Shown in pieces: positions 19,991-29,300 of a stretch of 64,000 nucleotides of DNA. The notes under the pieces were generated by a model. It was not told the DNA's origin, searched no databases, and saw only the letters and a list, made by a program, of their open reading frames with translations. Positions within the stretch are counted from its first letter, which is position 1; every line of letters begins with the position of its first letter. This DNA comes from Candidatus Saccharimonadota bacterium (GTDB lineage: Bacteria; Patescibacteriota; Saccharimonadia; Saccharimonadales; Saccharimonadaceae): NCBI GenBank assembly GCA_017531585.1, contig JAFXKT010000002.1, positions 70,203 to 134,202 on the forward strand. The letters run 5' to 3'. Position numbers and translations under genes: made by a program.

Positions 19991-20017
19991 TTAGCACTCT
20001 TGACACCCGAGTGCTAA
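19991..20017 (+). promoter_or_regulatory. CIRCE element (HrcA operator) overlapping the clpC promoter
   Basis: TTAGCACTC-TTGACACCC-GAGTGCTAA, an exact match to the consensus TTAGCACTC-N9-GAGTGCTAA. TTGACA (-35, 20000-20005) sits in the spacer, and TACAAT (-10) is at 20024-20029. Confidence 0.85.
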
Positions 20018-20087
20018 ACTATATACAATAGAATACAGTTAAGCTTGCCGAAAAAATTCCCCCTACAAGCTGACTAGATTGGAGAAA

Positions 20088-22562
20088 ATGATGGACGAAT
20101 TTAGTGAAATTATGAATCATCTAAGCGAAAACGCACGTTTCGCTTTACAAAAAGCTGACTACTATAGCAAGCGCTATGGTCAGGGTTATATGGGCACAGA
20201 ACACCTCCTCATGGGTATCCTTGCTCAGGATACTTCGACTGGTGCGCGCGTGCTTCGCGAGCAGGGTGTAAATCTAAACGAAGTCGAAAAGGTTCATGGC
20301 AAGCAAGCGGTAGATGTTCCAGCTTCGCCAATGGCTATGATGTCTTTGTCCGAGGCTGCCGTTCTTACCCTCCGCATGTCTATGAACTTTGCTAGGGAAA
20401 ACGGCCTAGACGTCATTGGCACCGAGCATCTCGTTCATTCTCTCGTTCGCCAGCCAAATTCTCGCGCCGCAATTCTTCTCGGCAAGCTAAATGTCGATCT
20501 TAATGAAGTTGCAAAGAATATCGAGGATATCGTTGAACAGGAAGCTGACGAGGCAAAAATCGAGGAACAAAAGCGCAAAGCTGGCAAGCGCGCTGGTTAT
20601 CGCTTCCTATCTAAATATGGTACAGATTTGACCGAGGAGGCTCGTGCCGGTCACCTAGATACGGTTATTGGCCGCGATAAAGAAATCGAGCGCGCTGTTA
20701 CGGTCCTTTGCCGCCGCACAAAGAGCAATCCAGTTCTCATCGGTGAGGCTGGTGTTGGTAAGACTGCTATTGTTGAAGGTCTTGCCATGCGCATCGTAAA
20801 GAATGATGTTCCAGAAAAGCTTATCGGCAAGCGCATCTTTCAGATTGATCTCAGTGCTGTGGTTGCTGGTACGAAGTTCCGTGGCGAGTTCGAGGAACGC
20901 ATTAAGGGTATTATTGACGAGGCTGTCGATGATGATACTGTAATCCTATTTATCGATGAGCTTCATCTATTAAACGGTGCTGGTTCTTCCGAGGGTAGCA
21001 TGGATGCTGCAAATATCTTGAAGCCGGCTCTAGCTCGCAATAAGCTCAAGCTTATCGGTGCAACCACTCTTGATGAATATCGTAAATATATCGAGAAGGA
21101 TAAGGCGCTTGCTCGCCGCTTCCAGACTGTTATGGTTGACGAGCCAAGCGCGACTGTTACTCTTCGCATCTTGAAGGGTATCAAGGGTCATTACGAAAAG
21201 CATCATGTTGTTACGATTTCCGACGAGATTCTAGAAGAGGCTATCAACTTATCGCAGCGCTATATCTCTGATCGCTTTATGCCAGATAAGGTCATCGATG
21301 TTATTGATGAAGCTTCTGCGATTGCGCGCGTATCTTTGGATAAGCGTGGCGGTAGCGATTATAAGAAGGCAAAGATTGAGCTTTCTGACTTGCAACGTAA
21401 GATTGAGGAAGCTGCTGATGCTGAGAAATACGAGGATGCCGCAAAGCTCAAGACTCGCGCCGCTCAGCTCGAAGAAAAGCTTGCTGAACTAGAAAAACAG
21501 AATAAGGATCTTGATAAAATCCCAGCTGTCACGAGCGAAGATCTTGCTGCAGCTATTAGCCTAAAGACTGGTATTCCTGTTAGCCGTGTTCATGGTTCCG
21601 AGCAGGAGCTATTGCTCCATCTTGAAGATCACCTACAAAAAGAAATCATTGGCCAGAATGACGCTATCAAGGCAATTAGTAAGGCAATTCGCCGCGGTCG
21701 CTCTGGTATCTCGGACGAAAACCGCCCAATCGGTAGCTTTATCTTTATGGGTCCTACGGGTGTAGGTAAGACTGAGCTCGCCAAGGTTCTTGCAAGGGAA
21801 GTCTTTGGTGGTGATGACTCGCTTGTAAAGATCGATATGTCCGAGTTTGGCGAGAAGCATAACGTCAGTCGCCTTGTCGGTGCTCCTGCGGGTTATGTTG
21901 GCTATGATGATGGCGGTAAGCTTACTGAGCAGATTCGTCGCCATCCATACTCTGTTGTGTTGTTTGACGAGATCGAGAAGGCTCACCCAGACGTCTTTAA
22001 TATCTTGCTTGAGATTCTCGAAGATGGCGTCTTGACGGATGGTCAGGGCACGAAGGTTAAGTTCAATAATACTATTGTGATTCTAACCAGCAACCTTGGC
22101 GCCGAAGAAATGTATCGCGAGTCCGAGCTTGGCTTCACAGTAAAGACAAAGAAGGATGCGAAGGCGCTCGAGGCAGAGCATGCCGCAAATGAAGCTTCCG
22201 CGATGAAGGCTCTCAGAAAGCTTATGCGCCCAGAGCTCATTAATCGCTTTGACGCAATCGTTACCTTTAATGCTTTGACCGAAAAGGATGTCAGTCGTAT
22301 CTTTGATAATCTTATTGCTAGACTCAAGAAGCGCCTCGCTGCTCAGTCTATTGGTATCGAAATCGAGGAAGGCGCAAAGAAGTATCTTATCGATAAGGGC
22401 TACGATCCAAAGAATGGTGCCCGCCCACTTCGCCGCGAGATAGAGGATGAGTTAGAATCGCTTGTTGCAGATAATATCTTGGCTGGCAAGCTTGTTAAAG
22501 GTGATATCGCAAAGATTAGCCTCAAAGACAAAGAGCTAACTCTTACCAAAGCTAAAGAATAA
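20088..22562 (+). CDS. clpC: ATP-dependent Clp protease ATP-binding subunit ClpC
   Basis: Two Clp_N repeats ([20 protein letters not shown]). Two Walker A motifs ([18 protein letters not shown]). Short UVR-like middle domain ([19 protein letters not shown]). LGF ClpP-docking tripeptide. The ORF-track start TTG 20079 is replaced by ATG 20088/20091 after SD GGAG. Confidence 0.9.
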   Translation: MMDEFSEIMNHLSENARFALQKADYYSKRYGQGYMGTEHLLMGILAQDTSTGARVLREQGVNLNEVEKVHGKQAVDVPASPMAMMSLSEAAVLTLRMSMNFARENGLDVIGTEHLVHSLVRQPNSRAAILLGKLNVDLNEVAKNIEDIVEQEADEAKIEEQKRKAGKRAGYRFLSKYGTDLTEEARAGHLDTVIGRDKEIERAVTVLCRRTKSNPVLIGEAGVGKTAIVEGLAMRIVKNDVPEKLIGKRIFQIDLSAVVAGTKFRGEFEERIKGIIDEAVDDDTVILFIDELHLLNGAGSSEGSMDAANILKPALARNKLKLIGATTLDEYRKYIEKDKALARRFQTVMVDEPSATVTLRILKGIKGHYEKHHVVTISDEILEEAINLSQRYISDRFMPDKVIDVIDEASAIARVSLDKRGGSDYKKAKIELSDLQRKIEEAADAEKYEDAAKLKTRAAQLEEKLAELEKQNKDLDKIPAVTSEDLAAAISLKTGIPVSRVHGSEQELLLHLEDHLQKEIIGQNDAIKAISKAIRRGRSGISDENRPIGSFIFMGPTGVGKTELAKVLAREVFGGDDSLVKIDMSEFGEKHNVSRLVGAPAGYVGYDDGGKLTEQIRRHPYSVVLFDEIEKAHPDVFNILLEILEDGVLTDGQGTKVKFNNTIVILTSNLGAEEMYRESELGFTVKTKKDAKALEAEHAANEASAMKALRKLMRPELINRFDAIVTFNALTEKDVSRIFDNLIARLKKRLAAQSIGIEIEEGAKKYLIDKGYDPKNGARPLRREIEDELESLVADNILAGKLVKGDIAKISLKDKELTLTKAKE

Positions 22563-22570
22563 AAAGCCCG

Positions 22571-22579
22571 TGCTATACT
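22571..22579 (+). promoter_or_regulatory. Extended -10 promoter (TGCTATACT) 6 nt upstream of ATG 22586
   Basis: TGCTATACT-AAAACC-ATG with no SD. Confidence 0.5.
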
Positions 22580-22585
22580 AAAACC

Positions 22586-23590
22586 ATGAGAAAAACGACT
22601 CATGGTTTTGGTTTTCTTGGGCTAATTATTAGCCTGGCTATCATTGGCTTAGTATTGTTCTTAATCTTTGGCGTAGACTATACTGCGCTGTCTGACATCT
22701 TCGCTGCGCAAGATTACGAACCGACTCCAGAAATGGCGAAGCTGCTCGAAAAAGACGATCTAACTTCTACTGGCAAACGTATTTTTAATGCCTCGAGACC
22801 AGAGCTGCAGGACGCGGCGGAGTTTAATCAGAACTGTTATTCGAGCCAAGAGAGCAATTCCTCGGTGCTTGGTTGCTATACAAAGAAAAGAGTCTATGTC
22901 TATAATATTACGGATTCTGAGCTAGACGGTATTAGAGAAACGGTCCTAGCGCATGAGCTACTTCATGCGGTCTGGGCACGCTTGTCCTCTCGCGAGAAAG
23001 AGAATCTTCAGGACGACCTAGAAAGTGTCTATAAGGCCAACAAAGACGCCTTGGCAGCGCATATGAAGACCTATAGCTCGGACGAATATTACGATGAACT
23101 CCATTCGGTGATTGGTTCGCAAATTCCAGAATCATCATTAACCTTGGATCTCTCGAAGCATTATGCGAAATACTTCAATAATCGAGAAACAATTGTCGGT
23201 TACTTTAATAAATACAACGGCAAGTTTGAGAAGCTCGAGCAGGAGGCGAGCAGCTTGGCTGGTCAAATCGACGAGAAACGCGCCGAAATCGAACAGAGGA
23301 CTGCGAAGTATAAAGCAGATTTTAATAGCCTCTCGACTGATATTGAGAACTTCAATAATCGTGCGGCTAGCGGTTCGTTTGCTAGCCAGTCAGAGTTTCA
23401 AGCCGAGCGCGCTGAGCTACTAAAAAGGCAGAATCAGCTAAATGCAGATTATGATGCTTTGTCTAATATAATCGACGAAACAAATGCGTTGATTGAGAGA
23501 TATAACGACAACGTTACGGCCAGTAACAAGCTCTACGACACTATTAATAGCAAGGTTGACCATACCGAAGACCAGATTACGAGCGAATAA
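22586..23590 (+). CDS. Membrane-anchored HExxH protein with C-terminal coiled coil (putative zinc metallopeptidase-like)
   Basis: 334 aa. N-terminal TM (FGFLGLIISLAIIGLVLFLIF), LAHELLHAVWARL (HExxH), later YYDELHS. The C-terminal roughly 130 aa is heptad-rich. Confidence 0.65.
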   Translation: MRKTTHGFGFLGLIISLAIIGLVLFLIFGVDYTALSDIFAAQDYEPTPEMAKLLEKDDLTSTGKRIFNASRPELQDAAEFNQNCYSSQESNSSVLGCYTKKRVYVYNITDSELDGIRETVLAHELLHAVWARLSSREKENLQDDLESVYKANKDALAAHMKTYSSDEYYDELHSVIGSQIPESSLTLDLSKHYAKYFNNRETIVGYFNKYNGKFEKLEQEASSLAGQIDEKRAEIEQRTAKYKADFNSLSTDIENFNNRAASGSFASQSEFQAERAELLKRQNQLNADYDALSNIIDETNALIERYNDNVTASNKLYDTINSKVDHTEDQITSE

Positions 23591-23594
23591 ACAA

Positions 23595-23621
23595 TTAGCA
23601 CTCTTGACATTAGAGTGCTAA
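23595..23621 (+). promoter_or_regulatory. CIRCE element (HrcA operator) overlapping the clpP promoter
   Basis: TTAGCACTC-TTGACATTA-GAGTGCTAA, an exact consensus match. TTGACA again sits in the spacer (23604-23609), and TATGAT (-10) is at 23628-23633. Confidence 0.85.
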
Positions 23622-23651
23622 TAAAGTTATGATTATAGTAAGGAGGAAAAC

Positions 23652-24236
23652 ATGAAAGATTATTTAGTTCCTACGGTTGTCGAAGAGACGAATCGTGGCG
23701 AACGCGCCTATGATATTTATTCCCGTCTTTTGAAAGAACGCGTAATTTTCTTGGGCGACGAAGTTAACTCTGCGACTGCTAATATTGTTATTGCTCAGCT
23801 ACTTCATCTAGCCTACGAAGATCCAAAGAAGGATATTAAGTTGTATATTAACTCTCCAGGCGGTTCCGTCTATGATGGTCTTGGTATTATCGATACCATG
23901 AACTATATCGAGCCAGATGTCCAGACGATTGGTATTGGTCTTCAGGCTTCGATGGGTGCCATGCTTCTATCTAGCGGCACAAAAGGTAAACGCTTTGCTT
24001 TGCCGAACGCTCGTATCATGATTCATCAGCCAAGCTCTGGTACCGAGGGCAAGATTACAGATCAGGAAATCGCACTTCGCGAAGGTATTTATCTCAAGAA
24101 GGTGCTTGCCGAGATGATGGCAAAGAATACTGGCCAAAGCCTTGAGAAGATTGAAAAAGATATGGACCGAGATAACTGGATGTCCGCAGAAGAAGCCAAA
24201 AAATATGGCATTGTGGACGAAGTAATCGGCGCGTAA
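23652..24236 (+). CDS. clpP: ATP-dependent Clp protease proteolytic subunit
   Basis: 194 aa. [26 protein letters not shown] (Ser), IMIHQP (His). SD AAGGAGG. Confidence 0.95.
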   Translation: MKDYLVPTVVEETNRGERAYDIYSRLLKERVIFLGDEVNSATANIVIAQLLHLAYEDPKKDIKLYINSPGGSVYDGLGIIDTMNYIEPDVQTIGIGLQASMGAMLLSSGTKGKRFALPNARIMIHQPSSGTEGKITDQEIALREGIYLKKVLAEMMAKNTGQSLEKIEKDMDRDNWMSAEEAKKYGIVDEVIGA

Positions 24237-24241
24237 CAACT

Positions 24242-24273
24242 AATCCCCTAGCAAAGCTGGGGGATTTTTGTTT
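24242..24273 (+). terminator. Intrinsic terminator of clpP
   Basis: AATCCCC-TAGCAAAGCT-GGGGATT followed by TTTGTTT. Confidence 0.8.
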
Positions 24274-24276
24274 GCA

Positions 24277-24303
24277 AGAAAAATCCCCGGATAATCCGGG
24301 GGA
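24277..24303 (-). terminator. Intrinsic terminator of the minus-strand 167-aa gene
   Basis: Minus strand TCCCCCGGATTATCCGGGGA followed by TTTTTCTT. Confidence 0.75.
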
Positions 24304-24316
24304 GATAAAGGATTAA

Positions 24317-24820
24317 TCATGCATGGTCAACCAGATAACTAAGGCCGGTTTTCTGTACCTTGCCGAAATTAGTCTTGATCATCTTCGTGATGGTGTAGGC
24401 CATATCAGGGTCGGCTTTTATGAACCGCTTGTTTGTTATGCGAAGGTAGCAATATTCGCGGTCGCTTCGGCGCATTTTGAGGTCGCCGATTTTGAGCAGC
24501 TCTACGCGTTCATCGCTGCCTATTTCGAGCTCGATTTCGGGCGCACGGGATCCTGGACAAATAATGATGTGATATGGATCGCTGCGGTCAACCTTGTCGT
24601 TCTCGAAGTTGCGCAAATCAACGACTACTGGAAACAGCATGCCAATTATTCTATCGATACAGTGCCAGATGGAATAGACGCACATCGATATTGCGACTGC
24701 AACGAAGATAGTCTTGCCGTTATTCTCGGCTCCTTTGTGGATGTAGTAAGCGGTGAGTATAGCGCCAAGCAAGGCGCAAATACGTTGCCGATTCTTCTTG
24801 AACTTTTCTCTACTAAGCAT
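24317..24820 (-). CDS. Hypothetical membrane protein
   Basis: 167 aa with two N-terminal TM segments. SD AAGGAGG 10 nt upstream and a correctly oriented terminator downstream. Preferred over the overlapping plus-strand ORF 24323-24847. Confidence 0.55.
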   Translation of the reverse strand: MLSREKFKKNRQRICALLGAILTAYYIHKGAENNGKTIFVAVAISMCVYSIWHCIDRIIGMLFPVVVDLRNFENDKVDRSDPYHIIICPGSRAPEIELEIGSDERVELLKIGDLKMRRSDREYCYLRITNKRFIKADPDMAYTITKMIKTNFGKVQKTGLSYLVDHA

Positions 24821-24932
24821 GAGAAATATCCCTCCTTAAAGATCTAGCGGATTTCCGTACTTGTTAATTATAGCATAAATTCAATGAAAAGTCAATCAAA
24901 CTGCTTAAGCTTGCTCTTAAAAACGCCTCAGG

Positions 24933-24941
24933 TGTTACACT
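24933..24941 (+). promoter_or_regulatory. Extended -10 promoter (TGTTACACT) 6 nt upstream of the radA ATG
   Basis: TGTTACACT-TAATAT-ATG with no SD. Confidence 0.45.
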
Positions 24942-24947
24942 TAATAT

Positions 24948-26309
24948 ATGGCAAAACTAAAGACGAGGTATCAGTGCCAGAATTGTGGCGCGAATTATGC
25001 AAAATGGGCAGGACGCTGCGAAAACTGTGGCGAGTGGAATACTCTTCTAGAGCAGGCGGCTTCGGTTGAGGCTGAGGCGAAGTCTGCACTTGCGAAAGGT
25101 TCGGTTTCTGGCAAGCGACTTGATGCGGTCTCGATTAATACTATCGAGCCTTCTGATGCTGGTAGTCGTCTAACTACTGGTTTTGCGGATCTTGATCTGG
25201 TGCTCGGCGGCGGCATTCTGCTTGGCGGTGTGGCGCTCCTAGCGGGTCAGCCTGGTATGGGTAAGTCTACAATCTTGATGCAAATCTGCGCCACGATTTC
25301 TGGTGCTGGGCATAAGGTTCTTTATGTTTCTGGCGAGGAATCCGCGGGTCAGGTAAAGATGCGCGCGGTTCGTCTTGGCGCTAGCTCGGATGATTTGCAT
25401 TTTGCTAGCTCGTCTTCCGCGAATGATATCGCAAAGACTATCGAAGGTGGCGAGTATGACCTTGTAATTGTCGACTCTATTCAGACGCTCAGTATGGCAG
25501 AGATTAGTTCTGCGCCTGGCACAGTTAGTCAGGTTAGTAACTGTGGTAACCTTATTATTCGTGCCGCGAAGGGCAGTAATGCTGCAGTAATTATCGTTGG
25601 TCATGTTACAAAGGAGGGCACGCTTGCTGGTCCGAAAGTTTTGGAACATCTTGTCGATGTTGTTCTTAACTTTGAGGGCGACCGTTATGGTGGCTTCAAG
25701 ACGATTCGTGCTGTAAAAAACCGCTTTGGCTCTACGACCGAGATGGCTATCTTTGAGATGGCGAGTGGAGGCTTGGTTGAAGTAAAGAATCCAAGCGAAG
25801 CTTTGCTTTCTGAACGTCAAAACACTGACGGCAGTATTATTATGGCGACAATCGAGGGCGCGCGTCCGCTCCTCGTAGAGATTCAGGCGCTTGTAAACCC
25901 GACAAACTTTGGCTACCCAAAACGTACTGCTTCTGGCTTTGATTTGAATCGCCTAAACCTCCTGATTGCGGTTCTTGAAAAACGCACTAAACTCAACCTT
26001 CAGGATAAGGATATCTTTATTAATGTTGTTGGTGGTCTAAAATTAAATGATTCCGCGGCAGATTTAGCGATTTGTATGGCCATCGCCAGCGCAGCGGCTG
26101 GCAGGAAGCTAGACGAAGATATGGTGGTCTTTGGCGAGATTGGTCTTGGTGGCGAAATTCGCTCCGTTATTGCTCCTGACCGTCGTATTGCTGAAGCAAA
26201 GAAACTTGGTTTTAAAGGTGCAATCGCGCCTTCGACTGTTCGCGACAAATTCGTGATGCCGGTCAAAGATTTGCGCTCGGCGCTCGTAAAATATATGAAT
26301 AATAAATAA
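24948..26309 (+). CDS. radA: DNA repair protein RadA/Sms
   Basis: N-terminal zinc finger CQNCGANYAKWAGRCENCGEW, Walker A GQPGMGKST, KNRFG motif, Lon-like C-terminal domain. Confidence 0.95.
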   Translation: MAKLKTRYQCQNCGANYAKWAGRCENCGEWNTLLEQAASVEAEAKSALAKGSVSGKRLDAVSINTIEPSDAGSRLTTGFADLDLVLGGGILLGGVALLAGQPGMGKSTILMQICATISGAGHKVLYVSGEESAGQVKMRAVRLGASSDDLHFASSSSANDIAKTIEGGEYDLVIVDSIQTLSMAEISSAPGTVSQVSNCGNLIIRAAKGSNAAVIIVGHVTKEGTLAGPKVLEHLVDVVLNFEGDRYGGFKTIRAVKNRFGSTTEMAIFEMASGGLVEVKNPSEALLSERQNTDGSIIMATIEGARPLLVEIQALVNPTNFGYPKRTASGFDLNRLNLLIAVLEKRTKLNLQDKDIFINVVGGLKLNDSAADLAICMAIASAAAGRKLDEDMVVFGEIGLGGEIRSVIAPDRRIAEAKKLGFKGAIAPSTVRDKFVMPVKDLRSALVKYMNNK

Positions 26310-26320
26310 CCATAAACTCG

Positions 26321-26350
26321 TTGACACTAAACCATTAGCGCTTTTATAAT
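26321..26350 (+). promoter_or_regulatory. Near-consensus sigma-70-type promoter of the 1928-aa surface protein gene
   Basis: TTGACA (26321-26326), 18-nt spacer, TATAAT (26345-26350). Confidence 0.65.
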
Positions 26351-26388
26351 AGAATGTGAATAGCATTTTGAGAGAGTGCTGAGATAAA

Positions 26389-29300
26389 GTGAGAGATAAT
26401 ATAAAAAAGTTTTTGGGATTATTTTTATGTACTGTTCTCGCTTTGGGTGGATTTTCGAACGTTTTTGCTTCGTCTAATGTTTTGCATATAAGCTCGGTTG
26501 AGATTACGAGTAAAAGTGCAGGTGTGGAAGCGGAGACTCCAAGCATCGAAAATGACCATGTCCAAGGCGACGTTGTTTTTAATGCTCAGGGTGATCATAT
26601 TGAATACCTCTTTGCGATTGAAAACACGGACGATTATGCGTATAGAATCGACAGCATAACAGATAACAACTCGACAGAAAAGCTGGCGATCACTTATTCG
26701 CACGGCGAAAAAATCGAGGCCAAGAGCACGGTTAGCTTTACGATGCTCATGGAGTATTCTGAGCAGCTCGTGAACCAGGAAAAACTGGATCTTAGTGACC
26801 TGCAAATCAAGATCCGCTTCACGCGCATTGGCGGCTCTGAAGACGAAGAAAAAGAAGAAGACATTGATGTAAACCCAGATACTGAGTCTTCAAGCGTTAC
26901 GAACGTTGTGGCTAATGGCGCACTTGCGTCTTCGGCCGTTATTTTGGTTATCGTCTTCGCTCTTCACGGCACGCTACCAAAGCAGCTCAGGTATGCTGGT
27001 ATTGGTACTGCTTTGCTTCTTGCTGGTAGCGCGATTAGCCTAAACATTGCAAGCGCAGCGCAGAGCGAAGAGATTGATGTTTGGTTCTCGAATATTGAAC
27101 TAGTCGGCATCTTTGAAAACTATACGGTTACTATTGATACTGGTAATGGCCCAGTCGAGCATCATTACGATTATGGCACGCCACTTTCAGAAATTCTTAG
27201 CCGCCCAAGCAAGACTGGCTACCACTTCGACAAGTGGGTCGACGGCGATGGCAACACTATCGATGAAAACGGTACGATTACTGGCCCAATCGATATTGTG
27301 GCTGTCATGGAGGCTAATAAATATCATGTGGTCTTTGATGCGAACGGCGGAACCGGTTCGATGGACAGTCAAGAGTTTACTTATGATGAGGCCGCAAAGA
27401 AACTAAGCAAGAATACCTTTGAGCGCCCTGGATATAACTTTGCTGGCTGGGCAACTACTGCTATTGGCCGCGCAAAAGCTTATGATGACGAGGAAGAGGT
27501 TCGGAACCTAGTCGATACAACTGAAGATGTAAATCTTTATGCAACGTGGACTAAACTTACGGATATTGCTTACACCGTTAAGCATCGTTATGCGGATCTA
27601 ACGGGTGGCTATGATGAAGTTGAAAGAGAAGAGGCTGGTCCAGTTGACGAGGATGTTTATCCGCCAGTTCTAGAACGCGATGGCTTCAATGATCCAGCAA
27701 CAATCGCGCCGATTCGTATTAATCCTGATGGTAGTACGGTTGTTGTCCTTGAGTATTCTCGCAAGAGCTATGCTTTCGCATATGGCGATTCTGAATATAT
27801 TGATACGAACGAATCGACGAGTGCTGGAGATTATGCATTTGAAACGCCAATTACAGCAAAAGCCAAGAATCGCGACGGCTACCAGTTTACCGGTTGGTCT
27901 GATGGCTCAAATATTGTATCGACTAATAATCCATATACTTTCGATTTGCCGCTTGATGGCATCACACTAACTCCTACTTATGAAGCTAATACTTATCATG
28001 TCGCCTTCCACGCTAACGGTGGTACTGGCGATATGGCCAAGCAAGAGTTTACTTTTGACGATGAATCGAAGGCGCTAAGCAAGAATCTCTTTGAACGCCC
28101 TGGATATAGCTTTGCTGGCTGGGCAACGAGCGCTGACGACGAGGTTGTCTATGCGGACAAAGCAGAGGTTAGAAATCTAACGGATGGCACCGAAGATGTC
28201 GATCTATATGCAAAGTGGACAGCGAATACTTATAGTGTTGTATTTCACGCCAATGAAGGTACCGGTTCAATGGATGACCAGACATTTGCGTACGACGAGG
28301 CTCCAAAGGCACTAGCTAAGAATACTTTCGAGCGTGTTGGTTATAGCTTTGCTGGCTGGGCAAAGACTGCCGCAGGTGAAGTTGAGTATACGGACGAACA
28401 GGAGGTTCAGAATCTAATTCAAACTGCTGGAACTGTTGATCTTTACGCAAAGTGGACTGCAAATACTTACTACGCACACTTCCATGCGAATGGTGGTGAC
28501 GGCTCGATGGATGATCAATCATTTACTTATGGCGAAGCTGCTAAGGCTTTGGCCGCCAACACCTTTACTCGTGCTGGCTACAGCTTTGCTGGTTGGGCAA
28601 CGACAGCTGGTGGCGAGGTTGAATATGCAGATGGTGCTTCGGTTCAGAACTTAACCAGCGATATTGATCTTTATGCTAAATGGACAGCTAATACTTATCG
28701 TGTTATCTTCCATTCTAATGACGGCAATGATTCGACGGAAAGCCAGGAATTTGTATTTGATGAGGCTGCAAAGGCGCTCAGGGCTAATAGTTTCTCTCGC
28801 GAGGGTTACAGCTTCGCTGGTTGGGCGGAGAGCGCTAGCGGTGAAGTAGTTTATACCGACGAAGCTCAGGTTCAGAATCTAACCACAACTACAAACGATG
28901 TAGATCTTTACGCAAAGTGGACTGCAAATACTTATTATGTAACTTTCCATGCCAATAACGGCGCTGGTTCGATGGAAAATCAGCCATTTACCTACGGCGA
29001 AGCTGCTAAGGCTTTGATGGCCAATGCCTTTACTTGTACTGGTTACAGCTTCGCTGGCTGGGCAGAGAGTGATAGCGGTGAAGTAGTTTATGCCGACGAA
29101 GCTCAGGTTCAGAACCTAACTAGCGATATTGATCTTTACGCCAAATGGGTAGCAAATACATATACGGTTGTCTTCCATTCCAATGAAGGCTCAGGTCTAA
29201 CTGAAAGCCAAGAATTTACTTACGATGAAGGCCCAAAGGCTCTAAGAAAGAATACCTTTACTTATGCTGGTTATAGCTTCGCTGGCTGGGCGGAGAGCGC

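Noticed and set aside
24323-24847. 174-aa plus-strand ORF between clpP and radA
   Set aside because: It almost completely overlaps the minus-strand ORF 24317-24820. That minus-strand ORF has a strong SD (AAGGAGG), two plausible N-terminal TM helices, and a terminator whose U-tract is on the minus strand (24277-24303). The plus ORF would start immediately after the clpP terminator with no promoter. I treat it as a shadow ORF, though without expression data this is not certain.
26965-27000. Internal translation restart for the second half of the 1928-aa ORF (out-of-frame ATG at about 26992)
   Set aside because: The only nearby ATG (in cAGGTATGc) is out of frame and gives a 16-codon peptide. 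No in-frame ATG or GTG with an SD precedes the second signal-peptide-like segment, so I keep a single ORF.
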